DNA of 59,922 nt from a virus (taxonomy: Duplodnaviria; Caudoviricetes). The stretch covers positions 1 to 59,922 of IMG/VR virus record IMGVR_UViG_3300032231_000003. One strand, written 5' to 3'. This document shows, piece by piece, positions 1 through 10,010 of this stretch. The position numbers and the translations under genes were made by a program. Every line of letters begins with the position of its first letter. Within the stretch, counting starts at the first letter, position 1. Under the pieces are notes generated by a model. It did no database searches. It was not told the DNA's origin and saw nothing but the letters and a program-made list of their open reading frames with translations.

Positions 1-217
1 CTATACGCTTGAAAAGCTAACTTGGCCAATAGGTCATTTAGCCCAATTTGGTTGTTTATAGCAAAACCAAACTGATAGGATGCGGGAAGGTTCGTGTTAG
101 TGTCTGTGAATGTTCCTGAGATGTCAATGTCAGCATGAACAGCACCATTACTATGCTCTTCTATTATATGATGTATTATTTCCGCAGGTTTCGTTATCAG
201 AGCATTTGGTGTTCCTG
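1..217. repeat. Terminal direct repeat / circular overlap, copy 1
   Basis: Identical to 59706-59922 except position 90 (G) vs 59795 (A). Confidence 0.97.
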
Positions 218-2807
218 TATAATGTCCTGCTCCATTATCTTCATAACCATCTACATCAACAATCAAATCCCCACCTATGGTGTCTGCTACAGAATTTCCC
301 CCCAAAAGAACATCAGCTATTCTGTTACTTACTGCGGAAGTATCGGCGTTTACATTTGCCGCTGTGTTTACTGTATCCCTGTTGTACTCTACTTCTAACC
401 AAACTTCATAAATCAATAATGAGTGGGCACCGGCTGATCCGTTACTTTCAATAGTTACCCCATTATCAGCTGTATCATTAAAATCAATCCAATCAAAGCT
501 TCCAGAAGGAGCATACCAGCTTGTTGATTCTGTTTTTATCGAGGTTCCCACTTTTATACTTTTAGTTTCTTTCAAAGCTCCTTCCACATACAGCTTCATT
601 TTTATGTCGAGTCCAGTTGTTACCCCATCGCCCACAGTTGAAACAACTCGAATCATCGATCTTATGTTATTAGGTGCGCCAGAGTGTGACTCAACCCCTA
701 ACTTAAAAGTATCAACCGAAAAAGTAGAGTATTGAACAAAAGCTGTAACCTCTGTAAATTTACTGTCTACTAGTGCCCATGGCCAATTAACGCTTGCTAC
801 ACCCCCTGTTAAAGCAGTCACATCATACGTGTCAAAAAAATAAGAAATCCTAGTGTCTGCCGCATCTGTATGCTTGTGATTGGGTGACAAATAAGTGGGC
901 TGTGTAGTGATAGGTTGATCTGGTTGTTGTGTGACAGCCACAGCAACAGCCCTTCTTATTGCAGGAATGTTTGTCAAATCAACTTTACTATATCCAGAAA
1001 AACTAACATACACTGTATAGTCACCACTATCTATAGCAACTGCTTCCTTGCTGCTCTTGCTACCAAAAGGCAATATTCGAGGATTAGTTATAGAATCAAC
1101 TGGATGATTTGCCACCAAATATTCAAGTGTGATGTTGCTTTCATAAACTCTTTCCCCTTGTGCGAAATCAATACTGGTATCCGCCACAAGAGTAAAAACA
1201 TTTCCAGACCTAGATGTATAATTAATTACAGTTTCACCTATCGTAAACTGTCCAGAACCCGAAGGAAAACCAGAACCATCCGTAAAAGTCAACGTGCTCT
1301 GTGGGGCTATTGCTTCAATAGCTAAAGTGCTTATTCCCCCTGCCACTATAGGGATTGTTTTGTGATTCTGTACTGCTCCATAGATCACAGGCAACATTAC
1401 CCCTATTGCGTCCACATCAGCATTAGGAAATCTTGTTACAGATAAAAGCTCTCCAATTACTTTATTGAAATAAAAACTCTCATCCAAACATTCAAAAGAA
1501 ACTTCGTACAAACCCCTTACTATATTCCCTGAAATTCTTCCTTTAAAAAACAACTGTTTTTCGCTTCCAGGAGTATCCAGAAACCACAAATAAATAGTAA
1601 CTTCTCTTCCTAATTCTAAATCTGCGTGCACATTTCCTTCTTCCGCAAGTGTAATGTTTACCCCTGAAATTTTTACAGAATCCTCAATTACAGAAACAGA
1701 AGACCTTATCACTCCCCATGACAAAACCTTTGTCGTATAGACCACTCCATCCACATCTAAATCTTGATCCGAATAACGCAATGTTCCTGAAATAAAATCA
1801 ATATTAATCAACATTCTGGGACGAGAGCCTATAGCAACATCTTTTTCTTCCAAAAAAGTATAAGTTCTCTCAAAAGCCCCTCTATCCCATTTCTTTTTTT
1901 GAGGACGAGAAACATCTATAATATCATCTTCTATAAAAGACCATATATTATCTGTTAGATCAAAGCCCAGATTTAAACCACTGGCGTCTGTAATTTGTAA
2001 TCTGAAATCCCTTCCTCCGGAATCTTCATAAACAGGAGTTGCCACTATTGAATAAGCACCAGGGACAGTACCAGAATCCCCCGTATTATGTGTAGACAAA
2101 GAATCAAAAGACCCCGTATAGGGGATTCCCCCAGAAGTGACAGAAATATTATTAATCGCAACAAAGCGTCCTGTTGCGTTTATATTCTCTACCCCTTTAT
2201 ATGTACTGTGCACATTATTGTTGAAAAAGTACAAAATGTTAGAAGCTGAGTTTGCAGAATAATAAACCCCTCCACCAGCACCAGAAGCCCCAAAATCATA
2301 AAATAAACTATTATTCACCCTATAGACTTGATTGGTAAAACTTGTTGCTATGATAACAAGTCCTATTGCGTCTATTCCCCCTCCTGTTGTACCCTTCAGA
2401 ATACAGTATCTAAGCCAAAGGTCAGCGTTACTCCCCCCCACATCATACTTGACAGCGTTTCCAGACGTATGGTTGGTGTAAAACTGAAGTCCTTCTACTC
2501 TTGTGTATTCTGTTTTTATGTGCAAACATATAGAGCTACTTCCCGAAGGAACACTTAAATTATATTTTCCAGAATTCCATATTCCTATGTGTCTTTCAGA
2601 AGATGGTGTTTTTATTAGTATGTAATTTGTTGGCCCTGTGTTCCACCCATCAAAGACAGCAGGAGCCGTGTCTGTCATGGAATAACACTCAGCTACAGAA
2701 ATTTCATCAAGGGTGACTAAATTACGCTGCTCTCCTGCTTCAAAAGCAGAAAGAGAAGTATAATCCCCTCCTGATGGTTTAATTGTTTTTGTTACTGTGG
2801 TTGCCAT
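1..2807 (-). CDS. Tail tip/baseplate hub protein with N-terminal beta-helix-like domain (5' part; continues across the junction to 59192; 1106 aa in total)
   Basis: I translated it manually from ATG 2807 (MATTVTKTIKPSGGDYTSLSAFEAG...) with no stop down to position 1. It is in frame with ORF 59192..59734, lies downstream of the tape measure gene and has hub-like motifs (GREVTIYLWF, LPVIYG). Confidence 0.85.
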   Translation of the reverse strand, partial: MATTVTKTIKPSGGDYTSLSAFEAGEQRNLVTLDEISVAECYSMTDTAPAVFDGWNTGPTNYILIKTPSSERHIGIWNSGKYNLSVPSGSSSICLHIKTEYTRVEGLQFYTNHTSGNAVKYDVGGSNADLWLRYCILKGTTGGGIDAIGLVIIATSFTNQVYRVNNSLFYDFGASGAGGGVYYSANSASNILYFFNNNVHSTYKGVENINATGRFVAINNISVTSGGIPYTGSFDSLSTHNTGDSGTVPGAYSIVATPVYEDSGGRDFRLQITDASGLNLGFDLTDNIWSFIEDDIIDVSRPQKKKWDRGAFERTYTFLEEKDVAIGSRPRMLINIDFISGTLRYSDQDLDVDGVVYTTKVLSWGVIRSSVSVIEDSVKISGVNITLAEEGNVHADLELGREVTIYLWFLDTPGSEKQLFFKGRISGNIVRGLYEVSFECLDESFYFNKVIGELLSVTRFPNADVDAIGVMLPVIYGAVQNHKTIPIVAGGISTLAIEAIAPQSTLTFTDGSGFPSGSGQFTIGETVINYTSRSGNVFTLVADTSIDFAQGERVYESNITLEYLVANHPVDSITNPRILPFGSKSSKEAVAIDSGDYTVYVSFSGYSKVDLTNIPAIRRAVAVAVTQQPDQPITTQPTYLSPNHKHTDAADTRISYFFDTYDVTALTGGVASVNWPWALVDSKFTEVTAFVQYSTFSVDTFKLGVESHSGAPNNIRSMIRVVSTVGDGVTTGLDIKMKLYVEGALKETKSIKVGTSIKTESTSWYAPSGSFDWIDFNDTADNGVTIESNGSAGAHSLLIYEVWLEVEYNRDTVNTAANVNADTSAVSNRIADVLLGGNSVADTIGGDLIVDVDGYEDNGAGHYTGTPNALITKPAEIIHHIIEEHSNGAVHADIDISGTFTDTNTNLPASYQFGFAINNQIGLNDLLAKLAFQAY

Positions 2808-2808
2808 A

Positions 2809-3099
2809 TTACTTACTTTTTACAAAAGAAATAAAACTTCCAAAAGTGTCAAAAGAAAAAACACCATTTTCGTCAAAAGGTATTTCATCCAAGTTTACTT
2901 TAATGTCTCTTCTTTTTCCTTGTTTGGTGCTTTCCGCGAATAAAGAAGGAATACCCTGCTTTCCAGTCACTTTCAGAAGATAAAATTTGGGTAGTTTTTC
3001 TTCCAATCCCCATTTATGCCCATCTTCTTTTATAATAACAATGTCACCTCTTTCATAGCCCCCTACCGAACTTTCTTGTGCCTTTACAAGTATTTCCAT
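2809..3099 (-). CDS. Hypothetical protein, tail module
   Basis: 96-aa ORF tightly packed between tail genes. Confidence 0.7.
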   Translation of the reverse strand: MEILVKAQESSVGGYERGDIVIIKEDGHKWGLEEKLPKFYLLKVTGKQGIPSLFAESTKQGKRRDIKVNLDEIPFDENGVFSFDTFGSFISFVKSK

Positions 3100-3104
3100 A
3101 AAAA

Positions 3105-3494
3105 TTAATAACTCCCAACTCTTATATCAAAATTAACTTGGTGTATTTCCGGTTTTATTTGAGAAAAAGCTATGGTGTCAAACCAAAACAGACAGTCGTC
3201 ATACTGGACACTTAAATCATCAGTAAAGTCAAACGAGGCTGTTGCAAAATCCACGGTGGTAATAATGAAGTTCTGTAAAGCTGTTCTGTTGGCACTTTCT
3301 ATTAAAGGCACACTGACTGTTAAATAAAGAGCAGCACTTAAACCCAAATCATAAACAATGGGGGTTCCACCAGGAGTGACAATTTTTGTTTGTATTTTTT
3401 CAAATGTTTTGACATTTGGAAAAGAACTCAATGGACTTATCACCAAAGTTGTTGTGGGAGTTGTTCTGTTTGGGTAGTAAAAAGTTGCCATCAA
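3105..3494 (-). CDS. Putative distal tail protein
   Basis: 129 aa, beta-rich, ATGA-coupled directly after the tape measure gene. Confidence 0.55.
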   Translation of the reverse strand: MMATFYYPNRTTPTTTLVISPLSSFPNVKTFEKIQTKIVTPGGTPIVYDLGLSAALYLTVSVPLIESANRTALQNFIITTVDFATASFDFTDDLSVQYDDCLFWFDTIAFSQIKPEIHQVNFDIRVGSY

Positions 3495-6418
3495 AAAAAC
3501 CCCTTCTGATATCCTACAAGCTTTTTAAACTTACTTTGATCTTCAAATGGAATATTATTCCGTTGGGTTGATTCTACGTTTATGTTGAATTGTCGATTAT
3601 CACTCTCGGCAGTTGTGTTGTTTACGGTGTTATTGTTGACATTATTTGTGTCGCTCCCTCCTTGAAAAGAGGTGCCTCCTGCTAATAAAGGGGGTGTTGT
3701 GTTTAATCCTAAAGAACCGGTTGAACTTCTTTCTAAACTTACACGTCTATTTAAACCGTCTAATTTTTCTTGAATGGCGTTTATTGCTGGAGAAGCATTA
3801 TCCACTACATCAATAATTACTTCATTAAAAGTTAAGGCCGCTAACTGCTCTTCCAAATCTCTTATCTGTGCAATTACTTTGTTAATTACAAATTCCGTGG
3901 CTAACATAAATTTTGTAATTTCTTCGGAAGCTTCTTTAGACTTTTGAATAACTTCTTTAAAGTGGTCAGAAACCTTTTTCGTTGTTTCATCCCACAGTTC
4001 TTTTGCTCTTGTTATTCTCACAAAAGCCGAATCGCTTATAATCCCTATGCCTTCGGGTGGAAAACCTGTTTTAACACTCTCTTGCTCATCTGCTAACTTT
4101 TCCACTGTTTTTATGTACTCTTCTAATGCCTCAGCCTTCTTCTTTCCATTTAATTGAACAATTCTTGTAAATTCTTCATCGAGCATCCTTACAGTTTTTG
4201 TGTGATTTTCCCACGCACTTTTCTTTTTCTTTAATTCATCTGGTTGAAATTTTTCTACAATTTTTTCAATATCCGCTCTTGCTTTTCTAACATCTTTCTC
4301 AAAATCAAATAAATCTTTTATCGCATCTTTTTCTTTTTTTAAATTATCTGTTCTTAACTTATTTATTTCAGAATAAAAATCTCTGTAACTATCAAGCATA
4401 AGATTTTTTCCTTCTATGGCAGAAGTAATAATTTCTTTGCTTAATTTTTTTAACTCTACATCTGCCAATTTTTCTGGAAGTGTCTTTATGTCTTTCACAA
4501 TAGCATCAAAAAGCTTTCGCCTTGTTTCAAAAACTGTGGCTAATTTTTTATTATACTCTTCTAAGCCTTTTACTCCCTTTTCAAGAGTCAGGTTATCTTT
4601 AGAAAAAACGTCACTCAAACTTTGTTTTTCAAGCTCAAGAACCCCTTTTTTATAGTCTCCAATAGAACTGACCATGCCTTTGATTAATGTTAGCTCTTTT
4701 TTTGATTCTCTTCTTAAAGTCTCTATGCCTTTTTCCTGTACCTCAATTAGGACACTGGTTGCTTTTTGCCTTTCTATTATTAGATTTATCCATTTTTTAT
4801 TCGAAGTATCCCATACAACATCACCTTTTTCTACTGCCTTATTGAACTCTTCCATAGTGGTTAAACCAAGCCTTCCCAACTTTTTCATAAGGGTAAAGCG
4901 GCCTTTGACAAGGTCATCAGACATTTCTTTTTGCATTTGTGTGTTTTTTATAAGTTTTTGCTGAGAAAAAATTATATTGTCCACATAATTAGCAAAAGTG
5001 CCCGCATTTTTCCTTATGTCCCCCACTGTAAAATCTGTTATTAGTTTCACAGCCCTTTTGTTCATTTTAACAAAGGCTTTTCCTCTGTCGCTGATATTGC
5101 TCAATTCTCTCTCTCGTCTTTCTCTGCTTGATCTTTCAACACCCTCATGAAAGTTAGTCCAGGTTTTACTTAAAAAACCAAAAGTCTTTGCTGTGACTTC
5201 TCTTATTTTTTCGGAACTGCTTATAAAATCAAAGGTTACTTTAGCAATCCAGGCTATAACCCCTATTCCTGTCAAAGTAACAAGAGCAAATTTTAAATTA
5301 ACAACCGCTGTTGAAAGCAGCCCTATACTTGCAATAGATTCCCCAACAGTAATAATAAAGTTTATTAAAGTTTGTCCACTGATTGCTATAAAAGCCAAAT
5401 TTAAAGCAACAAGTCTTTCTGTTACAATCAAAAGGATTGTATATCCTTTCATGACCGCCCATATACCAATAATGGCTTTTCCATAATCCCATATAAACTT
5501 AAGACTTGTCCTTAATGTTTCATACACAGTAACTAGCGAATCGGATACATTTTTCCCCCATTCGTCTAATTTCCCGTCTTTTTGTAACAACTGAATCCTC
5601 ATCAGCAGCAAACTTATATCTTCTACTGCCACTCTTAAAGCTTCCTGCCCAAACAAACCTAAAGCTAACTTTGCTTCTTTAAAGAGTCTATCAAGCTGAA
5701 AAACCTGCTTTGCTGTATTTTTCAGAGAATTTGTGTAACTTCCTTGTAAGTTTGCTAAATTTTCTAAAGTGGCACCGAAAACAGCCGCTTGTTTTTCTGC
5801 TAAGGACAACGCATCTGAAGAAACTCCATGTGCTTTGGCATAGTCAATTATGACTTTTTTTATATTCACAAAAACACCATGGGTTCGCAAAACCCTACTT
5901 TGTAGTGTCACGATACCATTAACAATACCCGACAATGTCTCACTTGTGGTTTTCCCTGAAATAACAGCCGCGTCTTGTGCACTTCGTGCTAATTCAGCCA
6001 AATTACTTATATCTAGTCCTGTTTTAGCAAATGTGCCTATTATTTTTAAAGTGTCTTCCGTTGTTATTCCCAAGGAAGATATCTGCACTTCTAATAATTT
6101 CAAAAATTCGGCACCTATCCCTACATTTTTTGCTAAATGATCTAATGAGTTTGAAAGAAGATCCACCTTCGCTCTCATCCAAATCATATCTGTGGTTGTT
6201 TCTTTTATAGTTCTGAGTGACAGATACGCAGCACTCAGTTTAAGAATCCAGAATATGGAATTCTTAAAAGAAGCCCTTCCTGCACCAAGCTCGCTTCTTA
6301 ACCTAGAGTGTTCCTTATTAAACGAAACTATCCCAGATTTAATTCGCTTTAAAGCAGACTCGGCTTCCTTTTGTGCCACTTTTATTTGAATAACTAACTC
6401 ATCAGTGATTGTTGCCAT
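3491..6418 (-). CDS. Tail tape measure protein
   Basis: 975 aa, helical/coiled-coil with a central hydrophobic stretch; follows the tail chaperones. Confidence 0.88.
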   Translation of the reverse strand: MATITDELVIQIKVAQKEAESALKRIKSGIVSFNKEHSRLRSELGAGRASFKNSIFWILKLSAAYLSLRTIKETTTDMIWMRAKVDLLSNSLDHLAKNVGIGAEFLKLLEVQISSLGITTEDTLKIIGTFAKTGLDISNLAELARSAQDAAVISGKTTSETLSGIVNGIVTLQSRVLRTHGVFVNIKKVIIDYAKAHGVSSDALSLAEKQAAVFGATLENLANLQGSYTNSLKNTAKQVFQLDRLFKEAKLALGLFGQEALRVAVEDISLLLMRIQLLQKDGKLDEWGKNVSDSLVTVYETLRTSLKFIWDYGKAIIGIWAVMKGYTILLIVTERLVALNLAFIAISGQTLINFIITVGESIASIGLLSTAVVNLKFALVTLTGIGVIAWIAKVTFDFISSSEKIREVTAKTFGFLSKTWTNFHEGVERSSRERRERELSNISDRGKAFVKMNKRAVKLITDFTVGDIRKNAGTFANYVDNIIFSQQKLIKNTQMQKEMSDDLVKGRFTLMKKLGRLGLTTMEEFNKAVEKGDVVWDTSNKKWINLIIERQKATSVLIEVQEKGIETLRRESKKELTLIKGMVSSIGDYKKGVLELEKQSLSDVFSKDNLTLEKGVKGLEEYNKKLATVFETRRKLFDAIVKDIKTLPEKLADVELKKLSKEIITSAIEGKNLMLDSYRDFYSEINKLRTDNLKKEKDAIKDLFDFEKDVRKARADIEKIVEKFQPDELKKKKSAWENHTKTVRMLDEEFTRIVQLNGKKKAEALEEYIKTVEKLADEQESVKTGFPPEGIGIISDSAFVRITRAKELWDETTKKVSDHFKEVIQKSKEASEEITKFMLATEFVINKVIAQIRDLEEQLAALTFNEVIIDVVDNASPAINAIQEKLDGLNRRVSLERSSTGSLGLNTTPPLLAGGTSFQGGSDTNNVNNNTVNNTTAESDNRQFNINVESTQRNNIPFEDQSKFKKLVGYQKGFF

Positions 6419-6764
6419 GTTTTTCTTTTACTTTTTTTATTAAGCTAATCTCTTTCTGTATCAAATGCATCACAGAAAGATAAAAGGAAGACTGGTCCAT
6501 TACACCGCCTCCCCACAAGTAATGTCCCCGTTCATACTCGCAGTAAACAGACAAATAATAATATGAAATACTCTTCACCTGTTTTTTTGGACACAAACTC
6601 TGTTCTGTCATATTTGTTGTAAATATATCAGATAATCTTCCGTTTTCATCCATCATATAAGGCATAACTGCATGACCATTACACCCTTTGCATTTTTTTT
6701 GTTCTTCGGAGCAGGATTCACAATTAAAATCATCCAGCAAAGACACCCATACTCCGATTATTAG
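6402..6764 (-). CDS. Tail assembly chaperone C-terminal extension (lambda gpGT-like, -1 frame)
   Basis: The frame is open from the slippery site (..KKLIIGVWVSLLDDFNCESC..) into ORF 6402..6746. Confidence 0.75.
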   Translation of the reverse strand, partial: LIIGVWVSLLDDFNCESCSEEQKKCKGCNGHAVMPYMMDENGRLSDIFTTNMTEQSLCPKKQVKSISYYYLSVYCEYERGHYLWGGGVMDQSSFYLSVMHLIQKEISLIKKVKEKHGNNH

Positions 6765-7192
6765 TTTTTTATTTCTTTCTCAGACAAAACAGAAGTTTTT
6801 AGTATTTCTTCTGCTAATTCCCCTCTCGCTTCGGGGGGGATACACGCCAAGACATTTTCTCTCGCTTCTCGTAAGGCCACTGTTGTTTTTATTTCTTCTT
6901 TAGTGGGCCATCCCACCTTCTCATCATTATCATTGAATAGATTTTCTATTCTGAGTAAACAACTCATAATTACAGAATCGGCCCTTTTGTTTGCTGATTC
7001 CGTCTCACAAGATGTTTCCACATTATCTTTGTTTTTTTCAACATCCCCTTTAAATTTCAATATGGTGTTTTTCCCATATTGAACATTTAAATTTGGCATT
7101 TTGTAAAACCAGACTGTTTGTTCCTCCTTCTCAAGTTCCCCATCTTCTTTCAAAACATATTCATATTCTTTATTAAATGTTCTTATTCTCAT
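6761..7192 (-). CDS. Tail assembly chaperone (gpG-like)
   Basis: Lies between tail tube and tape measure; ends ..EIKN at a slippery heptamer. Confidence 0.8.
   Translation of the reverse strand: MRIRTFNKEYEYVLKEDGELEKEEQTVWFYKMPNLNVQYGKNTILKFKGDVEKNKDNVETSCETESANKRADSVIMSCLLRIENLFNDNDEKVGWPTKEEIKTTVALREARENVLACIPPEARGELAEEILKTSVLSEKEIKN
6764..6770 (-). other. -1 programmed ribosomal frameshift site A-AAA-AAC
   Basis: X-XXY-YYZ heptamer immediately before TAA, with the -1 frame open. Confidence 0.8.
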
Positions 7193-7203
7193 ATTTTCCC
7201 CTT

Positions 7204-8130
7204 TTACGTCAGAGTGATAATTAGTTCGTCATCACCTGCATTTCTGTTTAAAGATGCGTCCACGCCCAACGTTCGTAGGATTCCACGCTCTGTGTGTGCA
7301 AGATTCGTATAACGCACTTTTGGAGCTGTAACGGTAATTATATTTCCAGCCGTACCTCCAATGGCCAAACTCAGTGCGCCTTCTGCTCCACTCTTCCATT
7401 TTCCAAAAAAGTCATAATCAGCAACCAATTCCATCTCAGGATCCATGCTCAAAACAGGCTTTCTTGCTCCAACCATCACCGATAAAGTACCTGATGATGC
7501 GACGATGGAATCTCGTAGAGATAACTCGTTTCCCAAATCTATAGAAACGTTACTCACAATAAAAACTTCGCTGTCCAACGTAAACGTGGCTCCTAAAACT
7601 ATTGGAGGAATTGTCGTATCATACGTAAAACCAGAAGTAAAAAGACCCACATCAGCGACAGAAAATCCCGCTGTTGTAAATGTCCATGTGATTTTTGGTA
7701 TCTGCCCTACTGTAAAATTCATAACAGCAGAACCCCTACACCCACGCATTATGTTTCGTGTTCCATCCATGTAGTTCCCTATGGTCAACGAAGGAATGCT
7801 GCTTGATATAGGACTATAAACTACACTAGTAGACCCTGTTATTGTTTCCTCAAAGCCACAGGCCAAAAGTAGTTTACCCCATTCAGGAGCGACATCAACT
7901 GTCCCACTCCCTTTAACCTCGGTGTCAAACGTAACTGTTCCACCATCTCTTCCTGATAGTGGATTGTAATTTGAAATGTCAAAAGTCATAAACTCTCTTT
8001 CCAACATTTCTATTGTAGGCGTAGACGAATGGTTTAACGCCCTTATCAAATCACCCACAACAAGCGTTTCCTGAACTCCTTCTACACTTTCAATTGCTGT
8101 TCCTAATTGGTTTCTTCTTGTAAGTAACAT
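7204..8130 (-). CDS. Tail tube (major tail) protein
   Basis: 308 aa, beta-rich; PEWGKLLLACG and MRGCRG motifs resemble phage tube proteins; no sheath gene present. Confidence 0.82.
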   Translation of the reverse strand: MLLTRRNQLGTAIESVEGVQETLVVGDLIRALNHSSTPTIEMLEREFMTFDISNYNPLSGRDGGTVTFDTEVKGSGTVDVAPEWGKLLLACGFEETITGSTSVVYSPISSSIPSLTIGNYMDGTRNIMRGCRGSAVMNFTVGQIPKITWTFTTAGFSVADVGLFTSGFTYDTTIPPIVLGATFTLDSEVFIVSNVSIDLGNELSLRDSIVASSGTLSVMVGARKPVLSMDPEMELVADYDFFGKWKSGAEGALSLAIGGTAGNIITVTAPKVRYTNLAHTERGILRTLGVDASLNRNAGDDELIITLT

Positions 8131-8274
8131 TTAATTACCTTTCTCTTTCGTTTCTTTTGCCTTTATTTCTATGACTTTCCCTTTTTCTGTGTACTTATAA
8201 AAAATTACAGCACCTTCCTTGTTTAACACTTTCTGAAAGGCTCTTTTTACATTACTTAAATCAATAGAAACCAT
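8131..8274 (-). CDS. Small hypothetical protein (47 aa, not in the ORF track)
   Basis: ATG with GGAGGGGG RBS; MVSIDLSNVKRAFQKVLNKEG...; fills the gap exactly. Confidence 0.6.
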   Translation of the reverse strand: MVSIDLSNVKRAFQKVLNKEGAVIFYKYTEKGKVIEIKAKETKEKGN

Positions 8275-8283
8275 GCCCCCCTC

Positions 8284-8772
8284 CTAATAAGTATCTTTTT
8301 CATGCACTTCTGCTTGAATGTGAAAGTCTTTCAACAACACACCACCTTGTTCATACACAGGACTATATACGTGTTTGCTTACGATAACATCTATGACAGT
8401 TCCACCAAGGGTATAATTCTGCTCAAAAAGAGTCTCAACTATACTCAGGTACCTAAATATCCTTTTATCCAATTGCTGTGAGTCGTCATCAACCACAGCA
8501 CATAAGATACTTATGTTGTGCGTGAGCATCTTTACATCGCCAGTGTATCTTTCTATGTCTGTTTTATTCGCAGAAATAATTAGAGTGGGAAACGACTGAG
8601 GGCTTTCAAAATCCCCCATACCATAAGAATAAATGTTTTCTCTTCTGAAATAATCCAGCCGTATGTCGTCGTTGCTCACATTTTCTTCATCAATTTTTGT
8701 GTTTATGTTTGAATTAAAAAGTTCTTTTATGTTATTTAGTACAGCCTCTATCATTTTTCTACTTTTCCCCAC
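8284..8772 (-). CDS. Putative tail terminator/neck protein
   Basis: Size and position just upstream of the tail tube gene. Confidence 0.55.
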   Translation of the reverse strand: MGKSRKMIEAVLNNIKELFNSNINTKIDEENVSNDDIRLDYFRRENIYSYGMGDFESPQSFPTLIISANKTDIERYTGDVKMLTHNISILCAVVDDDSQQLDKRIFRYLSIVETLFEQNYTLGGTVIDVIVSKHVYSPVYEQGGVLLKDFHIQAEVHEKDTY

Positions 8773-9263
8773 AAATCTCTGTGTATTATTTTAGTCCAAG
8801 CCAACCTTTCTCTTTTTGGCAGAGCGATTACTTTTCTTTCAGGAAAAGATCGGTTTGGTGTGATCAGTATTTGGTGGAAAATGGAGTATGGTTGTTTTCT
8901 TCTGTTTTTTACTTTTGTTCCCAACGTCATACTGGTTGGTGTTGTTTTATTTATTGCATTCACGTTTCTTGGATTTGTTAAAGAATCTCTTAACTTTCCT
9001 GTAGCTTCTAATATGGGTTTTCCAGGATAATTTCTTTGTTTCCATTTAAAGTAACTTTCCCCTGTGGCTGACTTTCTATTTAAGGGTGCCCATCCCCCAG
9101 AACCCCACATTCCTTCTGTGTCAAATTGTTTTTTCTCTCCTTCATAAAATCTAACTTTTATTTTAGAAAAAGAAGAAGAGAAGTTTGTGAGTCCGGTTTC
9201 TAATCTTGTCAATCTTTTTCTTATTATCTTTTCACCTAATACTTCAAAACGTACTTCTATCAT
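8751..9263 (-). CDS. Virion morphogenesis / tail completion protein (Mu gpG-like)
   Basis: FDTEG..WAPL..ILEATGKLRDSL..GT..YSIFHQ..P.R motif series. Confidence 0.78.
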   Translation of the reverse strand: MIEVRFEVLGEKIIRKRLTRLETGLTNFSSSFSKIKVRFYEGEKKQFDTEGMWGSGGWAPLNRKSATGESYFKWKQRNYPGKPILEATGKLRDSLTNPRNVNAINKTTPTSMTLGTKVKNRRKQPYSIFHQILITPNRSFPERKVIALPKRERLAWTKIIHRDLWGKVEK

Positions 9264-9701
9264 TTAAAAATTCATGTCTCTTTCTATCCATGGATCATTT
9301 GATATGTCGTCAGTATTATCTTGAGCATATGAGGTCAAATCCCCATATCTAACTCTAGGTAAATCACCAAAAATAGCATTATTTTCTTTAATGAACTTTA
9401 TGCCCATAGCATAAAGCTCTTTTAAGACCTTTACATGTTCACTGCTTTTTTTTGAAACAGACAAAGAAGCTTCTTCTGCCAAAAAAGCCACTTTATAAGA
9501 AGAAACCAGTTTTATGTAATTTAACAAATCTTGTGGGGCTGTTATAGGGGTTGTGTAACCTAAACTTGAAATAACCAGATTTATTTCACTGGAAACATTT
9601 TCTATAAATCCCACGACCTGGTCTAGGGTTGGTTTACTGTCCTCATCATACACCCTAGAAGGATTCAAACTCTTTACGTCTCCTATTTCGCAGTAACCCA
9701 T
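9264..9701 (-). CDS. Head-tail adaptor (Mu gp36-like)
   Basis: MGYCEIGDV start, GYTTPI motif, position after the capsid gene. Confidence 0.65.
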   Translation of the reverse strand: MGYCEIGDVKSLNPSRVYDEDSKPTLDQVVGFIENVSSEINLVISSLGYTTPITAPQDLLNYIKLVSSYKVAFLAEEASLSVSKKSSEHVKVLKELYAMGIKFIKENNAIFGDLPRVRYGDLTSYAQDNTDDISNDPWIERDMNF

Positions 9702-9745
9702 TTTTTTCACAACAGGGGGGAACAAACCCCCCTATCCCTTTCTTT

Positions 9746-9967
9746 TCACTTGTTCCCTATTTTCTTTTTCCCACCAGAAAAAACCTTATCTTCTGCTTCT
9801 TCCTTGGGATCTTCCTTTTCGTAAACTACAAGCATTTTCTCCTTCTTCAACACTTTTACCTGTTCTGAAGAAAACACACCTGTATGATGTGTCACCTTTT
9901 CAGACGGATGAAACACCCCACAACGCCAAAAGCCCAAGGAGGGCTTTGCTTCAATTACCAAAGACAT
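9746..9967 (-). CDS. HI1506-like Mu-type small protein
   Basis: GFWRCGVFH..FSSEQVKVLKKEKML; typical neighbour of Mu-like capsid genes. Confidence 0.7.
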   Translation of the reverse strand: MSLVIEAKPSLGFWRCGVFHPSEKVTHHTGVFSSEQVKVLKKEKMLVVYEKEDPKEEAEDKVFSGGKKKIGNK

Positions 9968-10010
9968 CTATACTTTACCCCTTCCTTTTGTTTTATTTCA
10001 AAAATTCTTT

